From: a virus
Taxonomy: Duplodnaviria; Heunggongvirae; Uroviricota; Caudoviricetes
Strand: one strand, 5' to 3'
Length of the DNA stretch: 37,570 bases
Virus record (IMG/VR): IMGVR_UViG_2718218135_000004
Below are positions 1 to 10,591 of this stretch, in pieces. Positions within the stretch are counted from its first letter, which is position 1, and each line of letters begins with the position of its first letter. The translations under genes were made by a program, and so were the position numbers. A model generated the notes under the pieces. The model had not been told where the DNA came from and ran no database searches. It saw only the letters and a list, made by a program, of their open reading frames with translations.

Positions 1-288
1 TCAATGGTTGGCGTCATTATCTTTTTCTCTTTCTGAACGTGAATATTGCGGTGGACGGTTCATCAGCTGTGGGGCAAGACGTTTTGCCACCTGAAGAATA
101 ACCACCACCGCAGCGGGAAGCATGAGCAAAACACCGAGAAAAATCATCAGAATCTGCACTTCTGGCCGAGAAAATGGCTCAGGCAGCGACAGGGAGTCGC
201 TTACCGACAGCAGCGCCACCGCCAGTAGCATCATTCCGATAAATTCCAGTATCAACACGCCTTTAGGCAATTTACCGATCGCGCGCAT
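1..288 (-). CDS. ybjC: small inner-membrane protein YbjC (95 aa)
   Basis: Complete ORF in six-frame track with stop at 1-3; hydrophobic; divergent neighbour of grxA as in E. coli synteny. Confidence 0.8.
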   Translation of the reverse strand: MRAIGKLPKGVLILEFIGMMLLAVALLSVSDSLSLPEPFSRPEVQILMIFLGVLLMLPAAVVVILQVAKRLAPQLMNRPPQYSRSEREKDNDANH

Positions 289-447
289 ACGCTTCCCTCT
301 GCAAAGTGAGCCTTCAGTCTAAAACTTTTCACTGTATTGTGTTTAACAGTTATAGCTTTTAGCAATTAATGCAACAGGTTAAACCTACTTTCAGCGAATA
401 CATTTTAGCGTGATCATTACAGGCATAAATCTATGAGGAGAGAAATA

Positions 448-705
448 ATGCAAACCGTTATTTTTGGTCGTTCGGGTTGCCCTTACTGTGTGCGTGCAAA
501 AGATCTGGCTGAGAAATTGAGCAATGAACGCGATGATTTTCAGTATCAGTATGTAGATATTCGTGCGGAAGGGATCACTAAAGAAGATCTACAACAAAAG
601 GCAGGTAAACCCGTAGAAACCGTGCCGCAGATTTTTGTCGATCAGCAACATATCGGCGGCTATACCGATTTTGCTGCATGGGTGAAAGAAAATCTGGACG
701 CCTGA
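448..705 (+). CDS. grxA: glutaredoxin 1
   Basis: 85-aa product from ATG 448 (MQTVIFGRSGCPYCVRAK, CPYC active site) with GAGGAG RBS upstream; ORF-track start 433 is an in-frame upstream extension. Confidence 0.92.
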   Translation: MQTVIFGRSGCPYCVRAKDLAEKLSNERDDFQYQYVDIRAEGITKEDLQQKAGKPVETVPQIFVDQQHIGGYTDFAAWVKENLDA

Positions 706-716
706 TCGTCTGACAA

Positions 717-733
717 GCCCTCGCGTTGAGGGC
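717..733. terminator. hairpin between convergent grxA and ybjM (bidirectional terminator)
   Basis: GCCCTCGCGTTGAGGGC stem-loop followed by T-rich tract TTTACTGATTTTTT. Confidence 0.6.
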
Positions 734-734
734 T

Positions 735-1112
735 TTACTGATTTTTTCTGTGCTGTGGTTTAAACAAACTACTGATAAATAAGAAACACAGTGCCCCCAG
801 CGCACACCAGAACACCGCGCTTAGTAACCATGCCAGCTCTTGCCAGAATGAGCGCGTCGGTGAAAAAAACAGCCGCATAATGAGCATCGAACAGGGTGCC
901 GCCAGCATTGCGCCAAACAGAGGTTTCAGGACTTCTCTACGCTGTGAAAAGAAGCTGGCGACTGCTCCAGGAAGAATGAAAAATAGCAAGCCGATTTCAG
1001 GATGCCCGGCAGCCCGAAAAGCGCCTTTCATGTGCGTCGCCAGAAAAAGGCACACCACAATGAAGAGGACAAAACAGCAGATTGCCCCCGCCCAACGTTG
1101 TTTATGTTTCAC
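735..1112 (-). CDS. ybjM: inner membrane protein YbjM (125 aa)
   Basis: Multi-TM hydrophobic ORF; position between grxA and ybjL matches E. coli synteny. Confidence 0.8.
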   Translation of the reverse strand: MKHKQRWAGAICCFVLFIVVCLFLATHMKGAFRAAGHPEIGLLFFILPGAVASFFSQRREVLKPLFGAMLAAPCSMLIMRLFFSPTRSFWQELAWLLSAVFWCALGALCFLFISSLFKPQHRKNQ

Positions 1113-1381
1113 TCGTTCCTCCTGACACTGCGTCTATCGAACACATTTTTCGCCAGTGTGGCGTTCAGTAAGATAAAGCCGCTTCGCATTCCATGCTAAT
1201 ATAGGCCAACGCAATTCATATAGCCGTTGATACCTAATGTGATTACACTAGTAAAATATATTGTTACTTTACTATCGTTTAGGTGCGCTGAATGAATCTG
1301 CGCCCTGAATTCTGGTAAAAAACATTATCGTAAATTACCATTTCTTTCAACAGCTTACTAGTAAACAAGAAGTTAGCCTCC

Positions 1382-3067
1382 GTGAATATAAACGTCGCCG
1401 AATTGTTAAATGGGAATTACATTCTGTTATTATTTGTGGTCCTCGCGCTTGGGCTATGTCTCGGAAAGTTACGACTTGGTTCGATCCAACTGGGTAATTC
1501 CATTGGCGTTTTAGTCGTATCGCTGTTATTAGGCCAACAACATTTCAGCATTAACACCGATGCGCTTAATCTTGGCTTTATGCTGTTTATTTTCTGCGTC
1601 GGGGTCGAAGCCGGACCGAACTTTTTTTCCATTTTTTTTCGCGATGGGAAAAATTACCTAATGTTAGCACTGGTGATGGTTGGCAGTGCGCTGGTGATCG
1701 CCTTAGGGTTAGGTAAGCTGTTTGGCTGGGATATTGGCCTGACGGCCGGTATGTTAGCAGGCTCTATGACGTCGACACCGGTTCTGGTCGGTGCTGGCGA
1801 TACACTGCGTCATTCCGGCATGGAAAGCAGGCAGCTCTCACTGGCACTGGATAATCTGAGCCTCGGGTATGCCTTAACCTATTTAATCGGTCTGGTGAGT
1901 TTGATTGTTGGTGCGCGTTACTTGCCGAAATTGCAGCATCAGGACTTACAGACCAGCGCCCAGCAAATCGCCCGCGAACGTGGCCTGGACACTGATGCCA
2001 ACCGTAAGGTTTATTTACCGGTGATCCGCGCCTATCGCGTCGGCCCGGAGCTGGTGGCCTGGACCGACGGCAAAAATCTGCGTGAACTGGGTATTTATCG
2101 ACAAACCGGCTGCTACATTGAACGTATTCGACGTAACGGGATTCTGGCAAATCCAGACGGTGATGCCGTGCTACAAATGGGCGATGAAATAGCGTTGGTA
2201 GGCTATCCCGACGCCCATGCCCGACTCGATCCCAGCTTCCGTAACGGTAAAGAAGTTTTCGATCGTGACCTTCTCGACATGCGTATCGTCACTGAAGAAG
2301 TGGTCGTTAAAAACCATAACGCTGTAGGTAAACGTCTCGCACAACTGAAGTTGACCGATCACGGTTGCTTCCTTAACCGCGTCATTCGTAGCCAGATTGA
2401 GATGCCGATAGATGACAACGTCGTGCTTAACAAAGGTGACGTTTTACAAGTCAGCGGTGATGCCCGTCGCGTAAAAACCATCGCCGATCGCATCGGCTTT
2501 ATCTCGATTCACAGCCAGGTCACTGACCTGCTGGCATTTTGCGCCTTCTTTGTTATTGGGCTGATGATCGGGATGATCACCTTCCAGTTCAGCACATTCA
2601 GTTTCGGCATGGGGAACGCTGCCGGGTTGTTATTCGCCGGAATTATGCTGGGCTTTATGCGTGCTAACCACCCGACCTTCGGTTACATTCCGCAAGGTGC
2701 ATTAAGCATGGTGAAAGAGTTCGGCTTGATGGTGTTTATGGCAGGCGTTGGTCTGAGCGCCGGTAGCGGTATTAATAACGGCCTGGGCGCGATTGGCGGT
2801 CAGATGTTGATTGCCGGATTAATTGTCAGTCTTGTGCCCGTGGTTATCTGTTTCTTGTTCGGTGCTTATGTATTGCGAATGAACCGCGCACTGTTGTTCG
2901 GCGCAATGATGGGCGCACGCACCTGCGCGCCGGCAATGGAGATCATCAGTGATACAGCTCGCAGTAACATCCCTGCGCTGGGCTATGCGGGCACCTACGC
3001 AATCGCCAACGTCCTGCTGACGCTGGCAGGGACAATCATCGTCATGGTATGGCCAGGATTAGGATAA
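1382..3067 (+). CDS. ybjL: putative AAE-family transporter YbjL (561 aa)
   Basis: 561-aa ORF from GTG 1382; N- and C-terminal TM blocks flanking a soluble central region; T7/T8 homopolymers at 1621-1645 read through in frame. Confidence 0.85.
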
Positions 3068-3179
3068 AACTGAAGTTGCCCTGAAAATGAAATTTTTTTG
3101 CACAACCGCAGAACTTTTCCGCAGGGCATCAGTCTTAATTAGTGCCACTGCTTTTCTTTGATGTCCCCATTTTGTGGAG

Positions 3180-3222
3180 CCCATCAACCCCGCCATTTCG
3201 GTTCAAGGTTGATGGGTTTTTT
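3180..3222 (+). terminator. rho-independent terminator-like hairpin in ybjL/prophage junction
   Basis: CCCATCAACC (3180-3189) ... GGTTGATGGG (3207-3216) followed by TTTTTT (3217-3222). Confidence 0.6.
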
Positions 3223-3302
3223 GTTGCCTGAAATTTATGCCTTTTAAAATCATGATGTTAGAAGCACTGTTTTTTAACGATGGCGACAAATTGGCGGCAG
3301 CG

Positions 3303-3521
3303 TCAAAGAGAGAGCGCCACCTGTCCTGATTTCATTGGATGCGGCTGAACCGGATTTGACTCTTTTGGCGTTGCAATCGAACGAACAAAAGTTTCATGGG
3401 TAACAAAAGTATGGCTGCAGTTAATGTTCTGACACTGGTTGTAACGCTCTTTGGTCAATGAAGATACCTGAAAACTGCTGCGAGTATGGGCGGCACTTCC
3501 ACACAGTGGGCAAATCATCAT
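3303..3521 (-). CDS. ogr: Ogr/Delta-type zinc-finger late transcription activator (72 aa)
   Basis: MMICPLCGSAAHTRSS...YNQCQNINCSHTF matches the Ogr C2C2 pattern CPLC...CQN.NC; start chosen at internal ATG 3521, ORF-track start 3554 is an extension. Confidence 0.85.
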   Translation of the reverse strand: MMICPLCGSAAHTRSSFQVSSLTKERYNQCQNINCSHTFVTHETFVRSIATPKESNPVQPHPMKSGQVALSL

Positions 3522-3611
3522 TTTTCGAGTTCTCCCCATTTTTGCTAAATTCACAATAATGATACCGCATTATTCCATTTTGAAAACTTAAAAGTTCTCC
3601 ATTGCGAAGAA

Positions 3612-4712
3612 TCATTCCATTTCGAAATCATCAATCTTCACTTCAAGCTCCAGACTGGTCGTAAAACCGTTATCCGGGCTGACGGTATGTGTCAGAGTCG
3701 TAATGGTCCATTCCGCATCATCTATCGGCTGTTTAAAACCACTGACCTTCACAGGCATTTCCGTGTAGAGATCTGCCCGCCCTTCCGCCAGTTGTAGCGA
3801 GAATGACGCAACGCCGCGTTGCAGGCGTTCCCACTGCATTTTTGCCGCTCGTTCGGCGTTGCTCCGGTTGGCATAAGTGCGATTAAGTACCAGCACGTTT
3901 TCATCCGTCCCCACCAGGTAATCGCCCTGCTTCGCTTCCGGCTCTTTCTTCTGCTTCTTAGTCCTGTGCTTACGCTTCACCGTAGTGCTTTCTTTCTTCG
4001 CGGGTTCGCGGGTATGCAACCAGCTGGCAATTACCCCCGTGTAGGCTCCGCGATCTGCCAGGGTAAAGCGGTGACTGTCGCCGTCCTTGCGTGTGATAGT
4101 GATCACCGGCAGTGGTTTACCAGTGGCGCTTTTGCCCTGTCCCTGCCGGATGAATAACAGATTGCCATTTTTCACCGACGCGATGGCACCGTACTGGCGT
4201 GCCAGCCGCATCAGAAAACTGCCGTCACTCTCATTAGTCTGGTCTATATGCTCCACGGGCTTATCCGACAGGTCTTTACCCAGTGCCATCTTCAGCTTGT
4301 GACGCGCGGCTATTTCCTTCACCACTTCCCCGACAGTGGTCTTGTGCCACGATTTTTCACGGCGGGTATTCAGCGTTTCCCTAAAATCAGCACTTCGCGC
4401 CCGGATAGTCAGGTGATCCGGTGCGCCAGTGTGTTCAATCTCGTCCACCGTGAATGCCCCTTTCGGGAAAAGCGGCTGCCCCTTCCAGCCCAGCGCCAGC
4501 GTAATGACCGCACCACGGCGCGGCAGCACGATTTTTCCGTCGGCGTCGTCCAGCTCCAGATCAAGCTGGTCCGCTTCAAAGCCCCGGTTATCCGTCAGCG
4601 TAAGCCCCATCAGGCGGTTGTCCAGCACAGTGGTGATATCCTTGCCTTCAATACTGATGCTGAATGCTGGAGTTTTGTTGCCTTTGTTAAGCAGTTCAGA
4701 GCTGAAATTCAC
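3612..4712 (-). CDS. D: tail protein gpD-like
   Basis: 366-aa ORF at the gpD position (between ogr and U); recalled similarity to P2 gpD. Confidence 0.85.
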   Translation of the reverse strand: MNFSSELLNKGNKTPAFSISIEGKDITTVLDNRLMGLTLTDNRGFEADQLDLELDDADGKIVLPRRGAVITLALGWKGQPLFPKGAFTVDEIEHTGAPDHLTIRARSADFRETLNTRREKSWHKTTVGEVVKEIAARHKLKMALGKDLSDKPVEHIDQTNESDGSFLMRLARQYGAIASVKNGNLLFIRQGQGKSATGKPLPVITITRKDGDSHRFTLADRGAYTGVIASWLHTREPAKKESTTVKRKHRTKKQKKEPEAKQGDYLVGTDENVLVLNRTYANRSNAERAAKMQWERLQRGVASFSLQLAEGRADLYTEMPVKVSGFKQPIDDAEWTITTLTHTVSPDNGFTTSLELEVKIDDFEME

Positions 4713-5194
4713 GACAGCAGCCCTCCCACCGTTTTACTGATATCGCTTAAGGCAGACGTTGCCGTATCCTGCAAATTATTCAGCTGCGCACTGAGATCAC
4801 CGAACATATCGGACAGGGATTCATCCACCCGTTTGAGCGACAGGGTGAACTCAATCCGGCGCGGCATACCATCGCGGAAAAACTCCGTTTTAGTCTGATT
4901 CAGTCCCTCAATCACATACATGCCGTAAATCGTGCCGCTGCCTTCAATCAGGGGCCATGCTTTTCCCTGTTCTGCCATCTGCTCCAGAGCCAGCAACGAC
5001 AGCCTGCCGCCCGTTATCTCTGGCATAAGAACACCAGAAAGCGTCAGCATGTCGTTGTCCGGTCCCAGAAACTGCGTGGACGGACGTCGGTTGACCCGGC
5101 TGTTTGCCGCATGTCGCCAGCTGCGTTGATACTGCAGTTCCTGATACGGCACAGTGCGCAGCATAAACACGTACAATCCCAGCACCATCATCAT
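4709..5194 (-). CDS. U: tail protein gpU-like
   Basis: 161-aa ORF, 4-nt overlap with D start; P2 FETUD operon order. Confidence 0.85.
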   Translation of the reverse strand: MMMVLGLYVFMLRTVPYQELQYQRSWRHAANSRVNRRPSTQFLGPDNDMLTLSGVLMPEITGGRLSLLALEQMAEQGKAWPLIEGSGTIYGMYVIEGLNQTKTEFFRDGMPRRIEFTLSLKRVDESLSDMFGDLSAQLNNLQDTATSALSDISKTVGGLLS

Positions 5195-8100
5195 GCGTCG
5201 TATCCCCCCTGATCGCTGTAGTTACTCCTGGCTTTTGCCTTCAGCCTGCGTTCACGTTCATCAAGCTGACGTGCCACCTCCCGCGCAATATCCTGCGCAC
5301 TTTGTCCTGGCTGCGTCTGAATGATGATCTGCATCGGTGCCTCAATCCGCTGAACGGGCGGCACAGTGGCTGCACGACTCACCATCGCTTCGTCGCCTTT
5401 CGCGGGAAGTGCCAAAGGGTGCAACGGTGGAAACTCTGCTGGCGCGGCAGCAACGCCCATCATTCCGGCAACAACGGCAGCCAGTGCAGCTGTATTTCTC
5501 CGGCTGGTCACATTTGCCGGGCCGTTAACAATTTCCGGCCCGTTTTCACCGACGATGCCAAACTGCCCGCGCGGGATATACCCGCCGCTGTCATACATCC
5601 CCGCAAAGCCATATCCCCATGACGGAAAACCACCCGATGGCATCATCACTTTACCGTCTGCATTCACCGTCGCAGGTTGCTGACGCGTCACGCTTTCCGG
5701 CAGTTTCGCCTTTGCAGCTTCTTTACTGACAATGCCGAGTTTATCCAGCAACCAGGAAACACCGGATTTCAGGGAGTCCAGCGGATGCATGACCATATTC
5801 AGCCCTTCCGCCAGTGCCTCCCCGAATCGTCGCCCCATTGCCGCTGCGCTCTGCAGTTCGGCAGAGGTCGACTTAACAGGCGTCAGCAGATTAGTAAACC
5901 AGCCCCACAGCGCCTGTACTTTGTCGCCAATCCACTGAAACACAGGCTTAAGTGGTTCGAATGCAGCACTGATGGGACCTGCCGCCGCTTTGAATCCTTC
6001 CACCACGCCACCGAGAAATGCGGTGATGGGTTGCCAGTATTTCCAGACAACCAGCGCCACGCCTGCCAGTGCAGTAACCACAAGACCTATCGGACTGAGC
6101 AGAGCACCTAACAGACCAGATATGGCATACAGGGCAACGCGCAGCATCGCCAGCGGACCGGATGCCAGCACACGAAGCACCGTGCCTGCGGAGGCCAGTC
6201 CACCGCGCAGTACCGCCAGAGGATTCATAAACATCACAGCAACAGCACGTAAACCGGATAATCCAGACCGCAAAAGTGCAACCGGCGCACCTGCTACAGT
6301 TTTCAGGACATTTCCCGTCAGTGATGCCGTGCGGCGCAAAGACGACAACGGCGCAGTAAGTAAACCTGCGGCGTTGCCCGATGAAGCAAGCCCGCGTCGC
6401 AGCAGTGCAAGTGGTGCGCCAGCCAACCAGGACAACGCGCTGCTGGTTCGCGTTACTGCTGCCGTAACGGAAGGTAACGTTTTGATACCCAGCACAGAGA
6501 ATCCCAGACGGATGACTGCCAGCGGCCCCAGCACAGCAGCCAACACCACAGCCAGGGTGCCGAGGCCCACAGTAACAGCAGCCACAACCGCGGCTACTTT
6601 CATCAGTGTGCCCGTCAGTTCAGGGTTAGCTTCCACCCAGCGACGCAACGCCCCCGTGATGCTTTTCACCGTGTACAGAATATCCATCAGCGGCTGGCGC
6701 AGCGTTTCGCCCAGGCTGCTGAAGGTGTTCTGCGCTCCGGTTTTGACCAGCAACCACTGCGCAGAAAGTGAGTCCTTGTTAATGTCGGATTCTTTCTGCA
6801 TCGAACCGAGCGCATCATTGCCCGCTGTCAGTTTTAGCTGGCGCTGCAGTTCCGGCAGGTTGTTTGCCAGTTTCGCCGCATCATCGCCAAACTCTTTACC
6901 AAACAACATGGTCATGGCAGACAGGCGCTTATCCTGCGGCAGTGCGTTCACCTTCTCCAGTACGCGCTGGATAGTTCCCATCGCATCCTTCGTCATCTGC
7001 TTTTCAATCACTTCAGGATTGAGTTTCAGCAGATTCATTCCTTCAAAGAAACTCTTGCTTTGCATGGTCGCAATGGACAATTCACGCACCATCGCGTTGG
7101 CAGCACTGGCAGCGACCTCCGGCGCAGCCCCCAGTGTCAGGAAGGTGGAACCCAGCGCCGCCGCTTTACGATAATCCAGACGATCAGCCACACCGCCCAG
7201 GCGTTGCATGACATCAATGATGTCTGCCCCTTTCGACATAGCGTTATCATCCAGATAGTTCAGCGCATCACCGAGCTGTTCAATATTGCGGGTTGGTATT
7301 TTGTAGAGCTGGGCGATTTTCCCCAGACTTTCTGACAGTTCATCCGCTGGCAGCTCAAAGGCTGTTGCCGCCTTTGCTGCCGTACTGGCGAAGGCCAGCA
7401 GGTCACGTTTCTGGTCCTCCCAGCTGTCGTCAGGGTTTGCCACATTCATGCGCGCACCACCTTCAACCAGTGCGGCGAAGTCCACAGCACCGTTTTCCAT
7501 TGGCAGCTGTTCACTGGCAGCTTTGATGGCATCCTGCATTTCGTAAAAACGCGCAGTGCGGTTGCCATTATCGTCACGCAGACCATTGACCTGCTTTGCC
7601 ACACCTTTCATGGCATCTTCCATGCTGGTATAGCTTTTTACCGCCGCCATCACTGGCGCGCCCATTGCCAGCCCTGCAGCCGTGGTGGTGGCTCCGGCTC
7701 CTGCGATGCGATCGCGCACTTCAAGCCGTCTTGAGTATTGTTCTCTGGCAGCGTTCATCCGTGCCTGTTGTTCACCCAGACGTTTAAGTGCTTTTTGCTG
7801 GCCCTCCAGTGCCTGACGAGTTTCTTCGGCATTTTTCTTAAGTTCTCGCTGGGCACTACTGAGTTGTCTGGTATCAATCCCTGATTCTTTAAGTGCCTGA
7901 CGTTGTCTCTGGACCGCCCCCAACAAGCCGTTATAGGTCTGCTGAAGTTCCTGTACTCGTGTTTTGGCCTGACTGAATAACTTTGCCTGCGCGGCGGTTG
8001 GCCTGTTAGTGGCAGCAAATTGTGTGGCGAGTTTTGCCGCCTCTTCGCGGGCTGCGTTCAGGTTGTTGGCTGTTATGGCTAGTTGCGAGCGCGTCTTGCG

Positions 8101-8268
8101 AAATTCATCAATTCTGCCAGCCTGCTTATTCAGTTCTTTGAGGCTGTTTCGGGTATTCTGAATTGCGCCAGCCAGCTCTTTCGAACTGGCCTGTGCAGCA
8201 CGGAATGGGCGGGTGAGTTTGTCAACCGCATTAAGAATGACCTGCAGGCGCAGGTTATTATCACTCAT
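5191..8268 (-). CDS. T: tail tape measure protein gpT-like (1025 aa)
   Basis: Long coiled-coil-rich ORF with hydrophobic repeat block; start MSDNN overlaps E' stop; P2 operon position. Confidence 0.9.
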   Translation of the reverse strand: MSDNNLRLQVILNAVDKLTRPFRAAQASSKELAGAIQNTRNSLKELNKQAGRIDEFRKTRSQLAITANNLNAAREEAAKLATQFAATNRPTAAQAKLFSQAKTRVQELQQTYNGLLGAVQRQRQALKESGIDTRQLSSAQRELKKNAEETRQALEGQQKALKRLGEQQARMNAAREQYSRRLEVRDRIAGAGATTTAAGLAMGAPVMAAVKSYTSMEDAMKGVAKQVNGLRDDNGNRTARFYEMQDAIKAASEQLPMENGAVDFAALVEGGARMNVANPDDSWEDQKRDLLAFASTAAKAATAFELPADELSESLGKIAQLYKIPTRNIEQLGDALNYLDDNAMSKGADIIDVMQRLGGVADRLDYRKAAALGSTFLTLGAAPEVAASAANAMVRELSIATMQSKSFFEGMNLLKLNPEVIEKQMTKDAMGTIQRVLEKVNALPQDKRLSAMTMLFGKEFGDDAAKLANNLPELQRQLKLTAGNDALGSMQKESDINKDSLSAQWLLVKTGAQNTFSSLGETLRQPLMDILYTVKSITGALRRWVEANPELTGTLMKVAAVVAAVTVGLGTLAVVLAAVLGPLAVIRLGFSVLGIKTLPSVTAAVTRTSSALSWLAGAPLALLRRGLASSGNAAGLLTAPLSSLRRTASLTGNVLKTVAGAPVALLRSGLSGLRAVAVMFMNPLAVLRGGLASAGTVLRVLASGPLAMLRVALYAISGLLGALLSPIGLVVTALAGVALVVWKYWQPITAFLGGVVEGFKAAAGPISAAFEPLKPVFQWIGDKVQALWGWFTNLLTPVKSTSAELQSAAAMGRRFGEALAEGLNMVMHPLDSLKSGVSWLLDKLGIVSKEAAKAKLPESVTRQQPATVNADGKVMMPSGGFPSWGYGFAGMYDSGGYIPRGQFGIVGENGPEIVNGPANVTSRRNTAALAAVVAGMMGVAAAPAEFPPLHPLALPAKGDEAMVSRAATVPPVQRIEAPMQIIIQTQPGQSAQDIAREVARQLDERERRLKAKARSNYSDQGGYDA

Positions 8269-8697
8269 CGTTGGCCCCGCTTCTCTGAATCGCTTTATAC
8301 CGCCATTCCAGCACTTCGGTCAGCGGCATAACGTCAGTAACGGATGGCGGCCAGTGAAAGATGGTGGCGATATCAGCCACCAGATCGTCAACCGTCAGGC
8401 TGTCGGTAAACCGGCAAGCACCGACTTCTTCAACAAAAAAGTGACAACCTCAACCGACATGGCAGTGAGATCTGCCGGGTCCATCTCTGCAATTTCCTGT
8501 GCAGTCAGTGCCGGACTGGAGATGCGGGGGATCACGGTCATCATCGCGTTCACATCCATATCCATAATGGCCTGCAGGCGTGTACCGCGCAGCGCACCGG
8601 ACTGCGGTTTACGCAGCACAATTTCGGTGATTTCTGTTTTACCGCGCTTGATGGGGGTATCCAGTTGAATAGTCTTTTCAGTCTGCTTATCGCTCAT
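8261..8697 (-). CDS. E': gpE+E' -1 frameshift product (~140 aa)
   Basis: -1 frame is open from the slippery heptamer (8440-8434) to TGA at 8263-8261, which overlaps the T start codon (ATGAGTGA). Confidence 0.7.
8395..8697 (-). CDS. E: tail assembly chaperone gpE-like (zero-frame product)
   Basis: 100-aa ORF preceding T; contains slippery T TTT TTG at 8440-8434 near its 3' end. Confidence 0.8.
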   Translation of the reverse strand: MSDKQTEKTIQLDTPIKRGKTEITEIVLRKPQSGALRGTRLQAIMDMDVNAMMTVIPRISSPALTAQEIAEMDPADLTAMSVEVVTFLLKKSVLAGLPTA

Positions 8698-8751
8698 TTT
8701 GCTGTCCTGTAAATTGGGTTCTGGCGCGGTATCCCGCGCCGTTCAGATACA

Positions 8752-9267
8752 TCAGAGGCCGAGGGCGTTGCGGTGCGCTTCCATCAGGTCCACACCGTCC
8801 ACAATTTCCACCATGTTGATAAGGTCCACTTCATAGAGCACCTCACCATTTATAGTCAGCTTCGCGTAGCTGTTGGTACTGGTCACTTTGGTGGTGTTGC
8901 TTTCGCCCGTCTTCCACTCGCCGGAATCCACTTCTTTGTGACGTCCACGCACCACAAGCTCCACGGCCTGCACTTCCCCGGTATCGTCACGCTGGATAGA
9001 GCCGGTAAAGCGCAACTGGATACCATCCACCGTGGCTTTGCCCATCTGCTTAAACAGCAGCAGTTCAGTACCACCAATGGAAAATTCCGTATCCAGTGCG
9101 CCGTCATCCAGCCCCAGATCCACATCCACTGCACCCGGCATTCCGCCGCCGCGATACTTCTCATATTTGCGGGTAAATTTCGGCAGCGTCAGCGACTCAA
9201 CGATCCCCTGCCAGTTGTTCCCGTCATTAAACAGGTTCAGGTGTTTTAATTTGCGTGGTAAAGCCAT
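8752..9267 (-). CDS. FII: tail tube protein gpFII-like
   Basis: 171-aa ORF downstream of FI, P2 order. Confidence 0.88.
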   Translation of the reverse strand: MALPRKLKHLNLFNDGNNWQGIVESLTLPKFTRKYEKYRGGGMPGAVDVDLGLDDGALDTEFSIGGTELLLFKQMGKATVDGIQLRFTGSIQRDDTGEVQAVELVVRGRHKEVDSGEWKTGESNTTKVTSTNSYAKLTINGEVLYEVDLINMVEIVDGVDLMEAHRNALGL

Positions 9268-9276
9268 GTTGTCCCC

Positions 9277-10449
9277 TTACGCGCTGACCTGGCTGGAGAA
9301 ATTCACCAGGTACTGATCGGTGATGCGCTGACGCAGCATCAGGTTTTCAAGTGGCGGCACTGGCGTGTAGTCGTAGTCGATGGTGAGTTTTCCGGCTTTC
9401 AGCGTGTCTTTGTCGTTCACCGACTCATCCAGCCAGCAATCACCACCAATGAGATAGCCCTGACTGACCAGGCTGCGCATTTTGGCGCGGATACCCTCGA
9501 TAATGTCGCGGGCCAGCGACGGATTCAGCGGTTTATCCACCGCCCACATGTGCGCTTCTGCCATCGTGTCCGTCAGCACCTGCGCCGTGCGGGTGTAGTT
9601 TTCGAAGGCAAAGAGCGGGTCATCACTCAGGCAGCGGGAACCCCAGAAGCGAAAACCGTCTTTGCGGATAAGGGTGGTGACGTCTTTCTGGTTCAGCAGT
9701 CCCGCATCGGTTGCCGGGTCCTGCAGATCCCAGAACACATCAGCAGAAATTCCGGTGACACCGTTAACGCCCACGTTGGACAAGCTTTTGTGCCATCCGG
9801 TCTGCTCGTCAATTTTGGCGCGCAGACCAAGCGCACGGGCGGTGGCATAAGCCGTTGCTTCGGCATTCAGCACCGTGTCCCAGCCAGTAAAGTCGGGCCA
9901 GATCAGCATTCCTTCACGCTGACTGAAGTTTTCACGGTAAGTGATTGCTTCCTGCACTGTCTTGCAACCATACGCTGACAGGTAAGCAAATCCACGCAGG
10001 CTTTGCGCCACGCTCAGCAACTCAGTAGCTACCGCCTTCGTGTCGTGACCTGGCACGCCGAGAATGCGCGGTTTAACGCCGAGCTGTGACTGGGCAGATA
10101 ACAGGGCTTTCATGCCTGTTTTTTTACCTTCAGCGGTCACTGCTCCGATGATATTGGTCGTGGTTTCTTCTTCCGTTTCACCCTGCGGCACACGCACAAC
10201 AACGGTCACGGGTTTTGCCTGGTCAGCGATGGCATCCAGCGAACGAGCCAGCGTGCCTGACTCACCCGCTTTACCGCTGGCAGTCAGCACATCAGTGAGC
10301 AGCACGGGTTTATTAAGAGGAAACATTTTTGCATCGGCATCATCGCCCGTGCAGACCATACCCACGATGGCGGTGCTCACCGTGGTAATGGATCGGGTGC
10401 CTTCGTTGACTTCAACAACGCGCACCCCGTGGTGGTAATCCTGAGCCAT
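9277..10449 (-). CDS. FI: contractile tail sheath protein gpFI-like
   Basis: 390-aa ORF, first gene of the F operon, Ogr-type dyad upstream. Confidence 0.9.
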   Translation of the reverse strand: MAQDYHHGVRVVEVNEGTRSITTVSTAIVGMVCTGDDADAKMFPLNKPVLLTDVLTASGKAGESGTLARSLDAIADQAKPVTVVVRVPQGETEEETTTNIIGAVTAEGKKTGMKALLSAQSQLGVKPRILGVPGHDTKAVATELLSVAQSLRGFAYLSAYGCKTVQEAITYRENFSQREGMLIWPDFTGWDTVLNAEATAYATARALGLRAKIDEQTGWHKSLSNVGVNGVTGISADVFWDLQDPATDAGLLNQKDVTTLIRKDGFRFWGSRCLSDDPLFAFENYTRTAQVLTDTMAEAHMWAVDKPLNPSLARDIIEGIRAKMRSLVSQGYLIGGDCWLDESVNDKDTLKAGKLTIDYDYTPVPPLENLMLRQRITDQYLVNFSSQVSA

Positions 10450-10525
10450 AGTGGCGAACCTCCTGATTGGATTAGGCTTCGCCCTATGTTGAAGTGATTG
10501 TGCCTGACAAACAGCTAAGCGCAGT

Positions 10526-10543
10526 TGTACCGTTATTCACACA
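10526..10543 (-). promoter_or_regulatory. P2-type late promoter element (TGT-N12-ACA dyad) upstream of FI
   Basis: TGTACCGTTATTCACACA, i.e. TGT-N12-ACA, about 85 nt upstream of the FI start codon. Confidence 0.6.
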
Positions 10544-10591
10544 AAATGACGGTATTTGTCTGCTTTCAGGGATAATCAAAATAAAGCTGAT

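Noticed and set aside
3068-3302. tRNA or tmRNA integration target at the prophage junction
   Set aside because: No cloverleaf-compatible sequence or T-loop-like GTTCGAATC motif seen; only a terminator hairpin
3421-3615. 64-aa - strand ORF overlapping the ogr start region
   Set aside because: Alternative frame overlapping the better-supported ogr gene and its upstream region; no RBS
5972-7174. 400-aa ORF on the + strand
   Set aside because: Lies entirely antisense to the tape measure gene; Ser/Ala/Arg/Pro-rich low-complexity translation typical of GC-rich antisense frames; no RBS context
8213-8668. 151-aa + strand ORF
   Set aside because: Antisense across the E/E'/T junction; the minus strand genes and the frameshift extension explain this region
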